From the NCBI GenBank assembly GCA_958009085.1, contig OY253679.1:248001-312000 (forward strand): a stretch of 64,000 nt of DNA, in the 5' to 3' direction. This document shows, piece by piece, positions 35,309 to 47,763 of the stretch (the stretch's first letter is position 1; each line of letters starts with the position of its first letter). The translations under genes were made by a program, and so were the position numbers. The notes beneath the pieces are model-generated. The model saw only the letters and a program-made list of their open reading frames with translations, was not told the DNA's origin and made no database searches. This stretch comes from Protoeuglena noctilucae. Taxonomy: Eukaryota.

Positions 35309-38300
35309 TCAGGCGCCCTCCGAGGCGTTGCCGTCGACGGAGCGCCGGAGAGCGGTGGACGAGGCGGTGGGCGTCAGAGTCGGGACGGAGGTGGCGGCCG
35401 TGGCGACGGCGCCCGAGGTGTAGGCCGACACAAGGCGAGCCAGGGACTTGTCGAGGCCGTAGGCAACGAACGTCTCCATGAGACCCTTGCCTGCGGATGG
35501 AACCCATCGGGATGTGTTGATTTCACCCGTAGCATGACCTGCTGTCACCTGTATGACATGTAACACTCTATTGGCACTAACATGTGTCAGAAGCATACAC
35601 CCATCGCCACCAGTCACTAGCCTTTCACGTCGATCGTCTCCCTCTCGAGTGTCTCGTGGATCTCCGGGGGCAGCGCCGCTGCCGTCTGTGCCGTCATGCG
35701 AATGTGGTTGGAGCGCGAGTTGCTCTCCATCCGCGCCGCCACGTTCTGCAGAGGCGGGGGTGAGGGTGACGGTGAGGATGCGGGTGGTGCAACTGGGGTT
35801 TCGTGAGTGTCTCCATACCCACTCAACCCATCTCCGCCACTCAGGTGCTTGTCCCCACACAGCGTCGGCAGCCATCCCTGCCCACTCACCAGCGTGTCGC
35901 CGCAGAGCGTCAGGAGCGTGCGCTTGACGCCGATGACACCCCCCGCGACCGGCCCTGTGTGGATGCCCACTCGGATCTCGATGGGCCCTGAACCGTCCGC
36001 CTTGTCGACCTGGCATGCGCTGGCGACCATGGCCATCGCGATGCGCAGGGCCAGCAGCTCGTGCGCTGGCTGGGGCTGGTGGAGGTTTACGGCCACCACG
36101 TACGCGTCGCCTACCGTCTCGTACTGCGGGGTCGACTCAGTTCCACATGGTTGGATTGCATGGAGCACAGATGTAAACCGCACGGTCGTTGCCTTGGTTG
36201 CGGTGGCATGCAAACGGCTGCTCGCCTTGTAGGCTCCTAGTGCCTCGACCATGGCGTCCAGTTTGGAGAAGTAGGTGTGGAGCATCGACAGCACGTTCAG
36301 GGGCGCGCTGCGGCTCGACATGTCCGTGTACGACACGACGTCGCTGCGAGGTAACGAAAGCGTCATCGTCATGGGCATTACTGACAACAAGTCGCATGCG
36401 CCCTCCCCTCTCCCACCCACTTGCCTGAACACCATGGTGACCTCCTCGTACTCCCGGAAGTACACCAGCGACTGCCCGGGCGGCCCCAGGTGGCCCTGCC
36501 GCCGCGCACGCGCCGCCGCCGCCCGCGCTGCGTGGCCCCCCACAGACGTCCCCTCCGACCGAGCCAGGGGACTGCTCGCGCGAACGTGATCCTCCGCAGT
36601 CGCGCGGCGGAGGCCCTTGACCCGCCCGATCGACGTGCCCTCCTCTGCCGTCTCTGGGGCACCGCTGACGATGCCGCGGGTAGTGACCCTGTCCGTGGGA
36701 GTGCCAGCACTGCCGGCCCCACCGGAGCCGTCCAGCGACCGCCGGCCGGACCGAGACTTGCCGGCGAGGCTGCTGTGGACGGAGGCGAGGAAGCCCCCGA
36801 GGGATGCGCGGGCGCGTGTGTCGGTGCGCGCTTCGGTGTTGCCGGGGGCAATGCGGCGGTGCTGGGAGGGGCCCCTGGAGGGGAACGGTCGATGCCGGGG
36901 CTCGTGAATGGGCGAGGACGCGACGGGCTGGATGGACACGGGGGCGACGTGGGTGGAGGGGGACTCGAGGCCGCCGGCGTTGAGGTTGGCCTTCCGCCAC
37001 TCCATGCGCATGGCGGCAAACACAGTGCTGCTGGCCTGGACCGCATTGCCTGTGCAAAGGGAGTGGGGTCGGTGGGAGTCACATCAGCATGCAACGCAGC
37101 ATGTCGAGTTGCGGTGACAAGCGCCCGGCAGCGCTGGTGCCCCGCCCGCTCACTTCGCATGCTGGTGCCCTCGGGTGACATCACGGATCGAATCTTGCCA
37201 AAGGTGGGGCTGGCAAGGCCAATGTGGGACGGGTCCTGCGGGGAGGGCGAGATGCACTCAGGTGACCTTCAGTCAGGACGTCGACGGACGCAAGCAGTTC
37301 CATGGCATGGATTGGAATCACAGGGCGGGAAGTGGAATTTTTCTGCTGCCTGGAGTACTCGTGCATGCCTCCTGCCCTCACCGCGACTACTGGCCCCGGC
37401 GCGGGAGCCACCCTCTTGGCATCTGTGACGGGCCGGGCGTTGCGAATCAGCGCGTCGGCCACGTCGCGCGGCACGATGTTCTGGATCACAGAGTCACGGA
37501 ACTTGATCGAATCTGCGGGACAGGAGAAGGGCGGGGCCGTTCTCTCTTTGGTTTGGGTGGGCAGCGAGCTCGTTTGGCATGTCACGCCACCCGAGCCCCA
37601 TGTGCATGCAGCGCCTCACCGGCAGCCGCCTTTCGCTGTGCGGCCCAGAGTAGCGCGAGCAGCAGTGCCCAGGCGGCACGCACGCGGATCTCGGTGCCAG
37701 ACACGAGCGCGACCGCCAGCGTCACCAGCCCCACCACCGCGCCTAGCCAAGCCACCACGTACGTGACCAGCCCCCTCGCCGTGCACACCCGCACGGCAGC
37801 GTCGCGTACGTCGCAGATCCAGAGCCCAGCGCCTACCATCGCGTCCCACAGGGCCCCGGCCCACGTGCGGCCGCGGAGCGCGGCAGCCATGCTGTCGACA
37901 TCCCGGAGGTCCCTCGGCCGCGCGACGCTGGGGTCCAAGACGGGCAGGGCTTTCCGGGACGGTCCCGAAGAGCGACTGGGGTCCCCTGCGCCCAGCACGG
38001 CGTCGCCTACACCCAAGACACGCGCCCCGGTCAGCGACACGACAGCGCAGAGTGCGGCGGAGGATGCGAGGGCGGCCCAGGGGACTGGAAAGTGCGTAGC
38101 GAGCCTGGCGGAGTTCCAGATGGTGGGGTCGGCGCCGAGGGAGAGGAGGGAGGCGGCCCCAGTGGCAGCGGCGATGATGCGGAGGGCGGGGGACTGTGCG
38201 GTGGTGAGGGCGGTCAGGATGCCAATGCCCAGGGCCAAGCTGCGTAGAGGGTGAAGGAAGGGGTGGTAATTGGATGTTTTGACGACGAAAGGGGTGGCCA

Positions 38301-39791
38301 GGGTCTGGCTTTCGTGGTGTTTGCTGAGGCAATACACACCTGGCGACGTCGGCGGCCTCCAGTTGCGCGCCGGCGCTGGCCAGGACGCCCGCGCTGGGGA
38401 CGAGGGTGAGGGGCGACACGGCAGAGGCAAGCGGTAGGAGGAAGGAGAGGTCGAAGGGGGCGGAGAGAATGTGGAGAATGGGGATGAGGACGGTGGCGGA
38501 TGCGAGGATGGCGAGGGTCGTGAGGGAAAGGCCTTGGGCAGCGCGGCAGGGGACCGTGGACGAGACCTGCGGGGTGGATGGCGGAAACGTCGACGTTTCA
38601 TCGTGCGTGGTTGCGGTGCCGCTTGTGTGCTTGCGAGAATCAGACCTTTCAGACGTTACGCAAACAAAGGAGTTGGTGAGCAAACAGGGCAGCATTCCGA
38701 CATCGCAGGGTATGGACCGTGCAAACCCACGCACCGGCGCAAAGACGTCGTCCCATGAGTGCGAGTCGCTCCGGCAGAGCCGCAGGCTGACCGCGTGGTG
38801 CCAGAACGCGGTGGCGACGAGGAGGCCGGCGGAGAGTACCGACACGGAGAAGGGGTGCTCGAACGTCACCGACGTGGCCTCGCGCAGAAAGTGGGCTCTG
38901 CAGGTCAGCATATAGCAGGCAGTTCGTGATGACAAAACCACGACCACCGTGCCGAGTCCGCGGTAATGCGAGGGCCCTTACCGTGCTTTGGACAGGCGTT
39001 CCCCGACGGCCTGCATCAGCGACGACCCCGAGCTGTCCTGGCGCCTCTGGTCCTGGAGAGCCTGGGGGAAAGGGAGGCAGACGCAGGGACAAGATGACGC
39101 CTCTTCACGAATGCCGTCATCCCTATCACAGCGGGTAAGGCTAAGGGTAGCAGTGTATACAGCACCAGCTCAGGACCAAGAGAGTACTACAGCCATGCAC
39201 GCTCATGCTCACCAGGGTCCCCAGCACATCGTCGTCCTTCGACCACCGCATGCCACGCCGCACGGCCTGCGTGGGAGGGAATGCTTTGCAGTTGATTCCT
39301 GCACGACCACGCTCGATACGGCCACCACCGCCACAGCCACGCCGTCGCATGCCTCTCACTTTGAAGGTGCTGGACTGCCCTTCCCGGCGCGAGTTCCTCG
39401 CGAGGCCGGGGATGGGGCCCGGGGCAGAGCCGCCCACCAGGTGCGTCGTGTGCGGATGCGTATGTATGTGCCCATGCCGGCCATCCACGCTCGGATCGCC
39501 CGGCCGTGTGCGTGATCCCCCCGCTAAGTCATGCACGCGAGGCAGGGACGAGTCATGGCCGGGCCATGGAGGCCCCGCGCAGTCCCGGTGGCGTGACGCG
39601 GACGAGGCGTGGTGGGTCTGTAGCTGGGCGGCCTGGCTGGCGAGGGACCCGGCGGCGCGCAGGGACCCCTCCGCCTGGCGCGACGGGTGCAGGGATCCGT
39701 CGGAGGGGTGCGCCGAGGACCCGTGCGTCCCCACGTGCGTCCCTGGGCTGCCGTGCCGACTGGCGCTCTGGCGCGGCGATACGATGATCAT
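35309..39791 (-). CDS. Membrane-bound class III nucleotide cyclase (guanylate-cyclase-like)
   Basis: Hydrophobic TM exons, QNIVPRDVADAL helix, catalytic VTMVFSDVVSYT, YKYETVGDAYV, IRVGIHTGPVAGGVIG, GDTLNVAARMES and DVKGKGLMET. GC donors at 36424, 36225 and 35621. Start codon uncertain and may lie further upstream. Confidence 0.85.
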
Positions 39792-41468
39792 GCGGCCCAC
39801 GGGGTTGGGGACGTCCCGCGCAGAGAGGAGCGTGCCGGGGGGGCGTCCCGCGATGGCCGGCGTGGGCCATGCGGGGCTGCGAGCAGCGGGGCGGTGCAAG
39901 AGGTGTTCCTCGATGCGAGAACACCGCGAGCGGCCGGGCTGAGGATGACGAGGCACGACGCCTCCGTGGAATGTTCTTTCCCGAGCCGTACCTGACAAGC
40001 GGGTCTGAGCTATCAGCGCGGCGCTAGCACAGCACGTGGCGAGTCGCACCTGGGCGAAGCGGCGCCAGGGAGCGTGCGGATGGTCACGAGGGTTCCAGCA
40101 TCGGCAGGGGCTGCTTTGACCTGCAGGGTCGACGGAAGCATACGTTCTCTGTGTTCTCTGCTTAGGGCCAGCGCATGCGTGAGGCAGGGAGCAAAAGCGC
40201 ACCTCGTCATTGGCAGCATCATTAACGTCCTCGGAGCTGCGCGCCGCCTCGCGGCTGAGGTTGCCTCGGCCGCTGTGGGCGAGGATGCAGGGCGTGGCAG
40301 TGATGTGTGCGGGTGCAGCGTGGAACGCGCGAAGGGCGCGAGATGCGCAGGTGCACGCGCATCGCACGTGACGAGAACAAGTCTTTTGAGGTGTCACGCG
40401 CACAATCGGTCATAGATATCGGTCGCGCGAGCGGGCTGCGGCCGCGCCTCGTCAGGCGTCTGCGGCTGGCGGGACAGGCGGCGAGGGGGCCTGGGGGACG
40501 CAGCACACCTTCCGGATCTTGAGAGGGACAAAGTGCCCTCCATAGATGGTCCAGGGAGGCATGAAAGCTCCATCCCGCCCGGGAAGCTCGACGACATCGA
40601 ACTGGAGCGTGCCCCTGCTTCGGCGCAAGCGCTGAGGGGCCAAATGTGCTACTTGCACCCCAAAAAGCCACCAGGTAACGCGCGAGGCCAGCCTTTTTGG
40701 TGGGGGCCAACCCCCCACGTGACCCACGTGGTGTGACAACTGGCGCCGTCAAGGCGCCCGAGCAAACGTATGTTACATGTGTTGCAGCCCCGCCGATGTG
40801 TTCGCACTCAGCGAGCTGGCAGCGTCGGTTGGTTCTTGCCAGAAAACGTCAACGACGCTGCGGTTCCCCGGTTGCTTCCTGCGAGATATATCGAACTATG
40901 CTAGCCGCTGGACAGCCGCAATGTCGAGCACCAAGCCAAGATGGGGAGTGGGCTCGTGTGCAGCACATGCCACCTTTTCCAGGGCGCGTGCCTCGCGCGC
41001 GCCGCGATATGCCGCCGCTGGACATCAGAGAGACGCCCGCGTTGAAGAGCTAAGAAAGCGCATGCGACATCTCCGCAGCGAAGACTGCAGCGAGCCGAGA
41101 GAGCAACGCTTGCGCTTTGCATTGCGCTGCACTACGCGTCCTCTCCAAGGCATCCCGTAGCGCATTGCAGGCCCTCTTGCATTCTCCAAACTCTCTTCAG
41201 TACACTGGCATTAAAGCACTGCCGCAAGCGGGGCTGCAGGGGCGAGAGGCCGTGGGTGGGTGGCCTTCGCTGCTGCGACGGCGCAGCCGCCCATCAGGGC
41301 CCTGAATGGGCCGCGCACGGCCTATGATTCGTTCTTGAAAGTTCCACAAGACGACGGCGCCCCTATGCGGGCCCGTTCGTCCCCGGCCGCGGCTGAGACC
41401 CGCGTTGCTGTCCTGGCCTGACACAATCAGACCCCCGCAGCCTCTCCCATCGCGCCGCAGAATAACCC

Positions 41469-44149
41469 ATGTACACCGGGGTGTCACGCGAAGCAAGACG
41501 CGCGCCGCCAGAAGACGGGGACGTCGAGGACGTGCCGCTTGTCGATCGCGGTGGGTCGTCGGGGTCGGATGAGGACGTGGAAGCGCCGTCGGCCGGCCAG
41601 CGGGGCTGGCCATCGACGAGCGGAATTGACGGGACTTCCTGGGGCGATCGCACCGGCCGCAAGGACGCTTCGTCGTCGTCGTCGTCCGCCACCCTCTCCA
41701 CGGACGGGCCGGCCAAAGGCGGGTGCGCCGGGGCCGAAGCGGCGCTCCCGGTGGCGTGGCGCGGCAGGCGTCGCGCGGACGATGTCCTGACGCTGCACGA
41801 GGCGAGCGCCTCGGTTCCCGTGTCGCTGGGCGGGGGTTTGTGGAAACAGCTGCGAGGTTACCTCGGCATCGGTGTGGTCGTCAGTGTGGGTTATATGGAC
41901 CCAGGCAATTGGGCGTCGGACCTGGGCTCCGGATCCCGCTTTGGTTACGCGCTGCTGTTCGTGGTCCTCCTTTCCAGTCTGGCAGCCATGGTGAGCCTTG
42001 CGCTTGCTCCTTTGCTCTCAGCTGTGTATCTGTGCACCGTCCCCAACCTGCAGCTCGTGGATGGTGGGCGACCACACGCCAACCTATCCGTCTCGCCCGC
42101 AGCTGCTCCAGCACCTGGCGCTCAAGGTTGGCGTCGTGGCCGAGCGCGACCTGGCACGCGCGTGCCGGGACGCCTACGGCACTGCGGTATCCCGGGTCAT
42201 GTGGGGTGAGCAGCTGCATGTTCACAGAATTCCCACCGTGCAGTGAGCGGCCAACTTACTCACCACCTCACACCTGCCTCCCCACCCTCTCTACGCTCCG
42301 CAGTGGCGGCCGAGCTGGCCATCGTCGCCACGGACCTGGCCGAGGTCATCGGGTCAGCCGTGGCGCTGAACCTGCTCACCGGCATGCCCATATGGGCCGG
42401 CGTGCTGCTCACGTCGGCCGACGTTGTGCTCCTCCTGGCGCTGGGGGGCCGCAGCCCCCGCATCCTCGAGGGCCTCAGTGAGCGGCACGCGCATTCGCAT
42501 TCACTTCACGTTTGCATCGATGACGCAGTTGCACTGCTGTGGATAGGAATCTACAGACCGCCCAGTCGCACCAAGCCATCCTCCCTGCCTTGCCCCAGTC
42601 GTTCTGCTCACCGCCGTCATTGCCGGCGCCTTTGTCTTCAACGTCTGTGTGGCGTCGCCGGACTGGGGCCTCGTCGCGCGGGGGCTCCTCCCGAGGTGCG
42701 GCGCCGCAGCGATGCTCTTTGCTTTGCATCGCCGCTCCTCTCGTTGGATTGCTTTTCGACAGCATTGGGGTGCACACACGCACATTCGGTGCGTTCGGTA
42801 TCCCATGCAACTCGCTTCTCACCCGTACACGTCCCTCGGTGCCTCGCAGCAAGGTGCTGTTCACGGACGTGGATGCGATGCTCCTCGGCGTCAGCATCCT
42901 CGGCGCCGTCGTCATGCCCCACAGCCTCTACCTCCACTCGTCCCTCATCCAGGTCAGGGACTACAGGACCACGAAATGCCTGCCGTGTGCCTGCGTCTGT
43001 ATCTGCAGTGTGCATCCGCACACGCTGCAACACAGTTGACTGCACTGCACCTCGTTGTGCACCTCGCTGACGCCCTCGCAATTGCTCCTCCCCCAGACGC
43101 GCGCCTACCCACGGTCGGAGGAGGGCAAGCGCCACGCCGTGCGCTACGGGACGATCGACAGCAACGTCGCGCTCACGATGGCGCTGGGGGTCAACGCAGG
43201 CATCCTCGTGGTCGCGGCCACGGCCTTCCACTATCGAACGGACAACCCAACCGTGGCAGGTGGGGCGGCAGGGTTGGCGACGGCAGCATGTGCGGCGGCT
43301 GGGCAGGGGTAGCGCCCCATGCGAAGGCTGCTGTGGTGGCAACATGGCTTCGGTTGTTAGGAATGCGTTGCATAGCATGGTCGGTATCAAGACAGTTGCA
43401 AAAGAGCCAAGAGCGTTCTCTTCTTTTCTCTGCAGGCATCGAGGACGCGTACCGTCTGCTGGACCCGGCCCTGGGCAGCCGCATGGCCTCGACCGTGTTT
43501 GCCATTGCGCTGCTGGCGAGCGGGCAGAACAGCACCATCACGGGCACGCTCAGCGGGCAGATCGTGATGGAGGGGTTCGTGAACCTGCGGGTGAGACCCG
43601 AGTCTGTCGAGGCACATGTGCAGGGCCTTGGACAGGCGACGACCTGTGGCCCGCCCATTGCGCTTTCGTGCTTCAGCTTCCTCACAGCGACGCGTTTACG
43701 CGCCCTTAACGACCGCAGGTGGCGCCCTGGGTGCGGAGGGTAGTGACGCGGCTGCTGGCCATCGTCCCGGCGGCTCTCACGGCGGGGCTGGCAGGCAACC
43801 AAGCCGTCAACATGCTCCTGGGTGAGTCGCGGGGCCTGTGCCGATGTCACAGACATCCTTGTTACCAGAGAGGGCCGTGACTGCATGCCAGGACTGGCTT
43901 GGCTCCTGACGACCCACGCCTTCGCCTCACCGTACCCGTCGCCCTCGCCCTCCCTCCGCAGTCCTCAGCCAGGTCTTCCTCTCCCTCACCCTCCCCTTCG
44001 CTGTGGTGCCCCTCTGCCACTTCACCGGCAGCGCCAAGCACATGGGCGCAATGCGCAACAGCCTGTTCGTGTCTGCCGTCGCCTGGTTCACGGCCATCGT
44101 CATCCTCGCTCTCAACATCTTCCTCATCGTCCTGTCCGTGCGCGGATGA
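41469..44149 (+). CDS. NRAMP: NRAMP/MntH divalent metal transporter, copy A
   Basis: [66 protein letters not shown]; nine exons. Confidence 0.93.
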
Positions 44150-44710
44150 CGAGGCGTTGGCGCAAGGAGGGAAGGGCCGGCGCACATCCTGCCGTTTTCC
44201 CGATCACACTGGCCAGCGATCGGGTGGGGTCTTCCCCGCCAGCCCGAGCACGTAGGGCCCACCGCAGCCTGCGCCGCCGCACTCCGCGTTTTCTTGCGTC
44301 GAGGCTTTTTCCTCGGGGCGCCCCCTCCCAGGCTGAGACCTCCCGAGCCGGTGAGCGATGCATGGCACCAAAGGCGACGGGCGCTTTTCGGGACAGGCCC
44401 TGTATTCCATAGAACAGTCATTTTTGATAGAATTACGGACCGTTGGCTAGAGCGGCTCGAGGACCCCTCGCAACGGCGCCCCGGACCCTTGATGAATCTT
44501 TACTCGCCCCCGCCACCGACGCCGCCCCCTCGGGGTCATCGCGTCGCAGTCGAGTGAAAGAGAGCGAATGTGTTCGAAGGGCAATCCTAGCGTGGCGGCC
44601 CGTGAACGCTGGCGCGCGGGGTACAGTACCGATGAAACCCACCGTGTGCTGACCACCTGCGCCCGACTCCGCCCGACGCTCCTCGTCCCCAGGGTCGCTG
44701 CAGCTCGGAG

Positions 44711-47429
44711 ATGTCAGCCATGGGAGGTCCCACGACGTCTCGGGACCGCGTCCCGGATGGGGGGGAAGCGGAGGACGCTGGCCCGAGGCCCGAGGCCCTT
44801 GCGACGGCCGATTCCGGGACAGAGCCGCTTCTGCCGATCGCATGGCGCATGAAGAACCGCCCAGGGGAGGTTCGCGTGCTTGCCGACAGCTACACCAACG
44901 TCTCCGTGAGCTCGAGTGGAAAGTGCGTGCCCGCTGCGCTCCGTCGCCGCGTGCGCTGCAGCTTCCTCGATCCGCCTTCGCTTCTGTTGCGGCGTCTGTG
45001 TGCCTGAGCATGGCCAGACGGCATCTCGCGCAGGCGTGGAGCGAGCGCTTGCTACCGTCGCTTCCCCGCAGCTTCTTTCGCCACATGCGGAGCTTCTTCG
45101 GCGTCGGATTCATGGTCTCCGTGGGATACATGGACCCAGGGAATTGGGCGGCGGACCTGGGAGCCGGCAGCCAGTTCGGCTATGCGCTGCTCTTCGCCGT
45201 GCTCCTCTCGAGCATTTGCGCCATGGTGAGCGCTGCGCTGGGCTCCGGTGGCGGCCGCAGATACAGTGCTGGTTACATCGCTGCGAATCCCTCAGCCCTG
45301 CCCCCGCAAGCGGGAGGCCACACCCACCGCCCCCATGCAGCCTGCGCTCTCAGTCCCGGCAACTCAGCTTGGCTGTCTCAATCCAATCACACTTCCTCCG
45401 GCCCCGTCGTCGCCCGCAGTTCCTGCAATACCTGACCCTGAAGCTGGGCGTCGCCACCGAGCGTGATCTGGCCCGTGCCTGCCGTGACGCGTACCCGGAG
45501 TGGCTGTCCCGGTGCATGTGGGGTGAGGACGGTGCACGAAACGTGCTTCGCCACGTCACCCAATTCACTTGCCTTCTAACCCTCCTTTGCATTTGGCAAA
45601 TGCAGCCAGTGGCTGGGTCCAACTTACTCACCACCTCACGCCTGCCACCACCCACTGATCACCTCAAACCTGCCTCCCCACCCTCTCTACGCTCCACAGT
45701 GGCGGCCGAGCTGGCCATCGTAGCCACGGACCTGGCCGAGGTCATCGGGTCAGCCGTGGCGCTGAACCTGCTCACCGGCATGCCCATATGGGCTGGGGTG
45801 CTGGTCACGGCTGCCGACGTCCTTGTACTCTTGGCCGTGGGGGGGAAGAGCCTGATGTTTTTGGAAGGCATTGGTGAGCGGGGATGGGGGTTTTGCATTC
45901 GTGACTAGGGGATGGATGCGGTATGATACGCGGTCCACAGGTTAATTGCAATGGTAGGTGGATACCGATGAGTGTAGTAATCCGTACGGTTCTTGGCAAC
46001 CATGAACGAGCTTCCTCGCAAGCCCTGTTCCCCTCTCTGCTCCCCGCAGTGGCCGCGCTGACGCTGACCATCGCCGGCTGCTTTGCCTACACCATCGCCG
46101 CCGCCAAGCCCAGCTGGCGGGAAGTGGGGATCGGCCTCTTGCCCGGGTGAGGATGGGCATTGACTCAATTTGATAGAATCAACACTCCGCACAGTGGCTG
46201 GCCTGCTCCGCACCCCTCGCTCGCATGCTCCCAGCATGTGCATCCGCTGGCCTGCTCACTGCCACTGCCCACACGCGCGCTGCAACCACCTCAGCCCCCT
46301 TGTTTCCCCTGTATTCGCAGCAAGGTCCTCTTCACCAACCCCGAGGCCCTCACCCTGGCGGTCGGCATCCTCGGCGCCACCGTCATGCCCCACAACCTCT
46401 TCATGCACTCGGCCACCATCCAGGCGAGCAGGGGTGGGGAGCAGCAAAGCAAGGCAGCTGACAGTGTCCGAGTATGGATGTGGTTAAGAGCGTGGCTACC
46501 AATCGTGCTATGCTACTTTGGGTGCTACTACTGGTGCCCGATTGCACTCACCCACGCCTCACCTCTCCCTGTCTTCACTCAGACGCACCCCCACCACGCC
46601 CTCATCTCACTCTCCCTCACCCTCCCCTCCCACAGACCCGCGACTACCCGCGATCGGAGGAGGGCAAGCGCCGCGCCATCCGCTACGGCGGCTGGGACTC
46701 CAACCTGAGCCTCCTGCTGGCCTTCTTCGTCAACGCCGCCATCCTCGTCGTCTCCGGCGCCGCCTTCCACGGCCCGGACCGCCCCTCCGTTTCTGGCATC
46801 ACCGACGCCTACCAGCTGCTGGACCCGGCCCTGGGCAGCCGCGTGGCCTCGACCGTCTTTGCGGTCGCGCTCCTGGCGAGCGGGCAGAACAGCACCATCA
46901 CGGGCACGCTCAGCGGGCAGATCGTCATGGAGGGGTTCACGTCGTACCAGGTCAAGCCCTGGATACGGCGGCTGGCCACCCGTATGCTCGCCGTCGTGCC
47001 CGCTGCCCTGGTGGCCGCCCTCGCGGGGCCCTCGGGCATCAACACCATGCTCGGTGAGACATAGGAGGGCTTAGGGTAGATGCTTAGTTACTGTGTGGGT
47101 GAAGGAGACGTGCTTGGTCACGGTGTGCATGCCAGATGTGCACGGGTGCATGCCATGACATTACCGACCCCGGTCCCCCACCACTGCCGCGCCCTCTCTC
47201 ACCACTCCGTCACCCTCCACTGCCCGCAGTGTTCAGTCAAGTCTTCCTCTCCCTCACCCTCCCCGTGGCCGTCCTGCCCCTCTGCCACTTCACGGGAAGC
47301 ACCGCTTACATGGGTCCCTGGCGCAACCACCCCGCCACCACCGCCCTCGCATGGACCGTCGCCATCATCATCCTCGCCCTCAACGTCTTTTTGCTCGTCC
47401 AAGTGCCCGCAAGCCTCGCGGGGGACTAA
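44711..47429 (+). CDS. NRAMP: NRAMP/MntH divalent metal transporter, copy B (tandem paralog)
   Basis: [54 protein letters not shown]; eight exons; GC donor at 46424. Confidence 0.93.
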
Positions 47430-47763
47430 CAGGGATTGAACGAGGGACCTTTGCAGTTCCCCAACATGCTTTTGGGTTGACACGGTCACCAGTGCCCTAT
47501 GCTCCTCTTTAGATTGGCCCTGCGGGGCCCCGGACAACACAGCGCAGCCGCGGAGGCTGGCAATAGTGGCTTTGCCAAGCATTTAACAACGTAATACGAC
47601 ACGGTGCAGCTGCTGTCATGGTGTGCTTTCAGAGAGTTACTGGCCAAGGTGCAACGCAAGTAGCGAGTGCGACACCCGTCCAGTCCCAGAACAGTGACTA
47701 GTGGCTCTGATGATGAAGACACAAGTAATCAGCGACTATTCGCACTGATCTTCATAGCACATC

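Noticed and set aside
41469..47429. Bacterial origin or contamination suggested by MntH-like NRAMP sequences
   Set aside because: Both copies carry multiple spliceosomal introns and sit among eukaryote-specific genes; MntH-like NRAMPs are known in algae and fungi.
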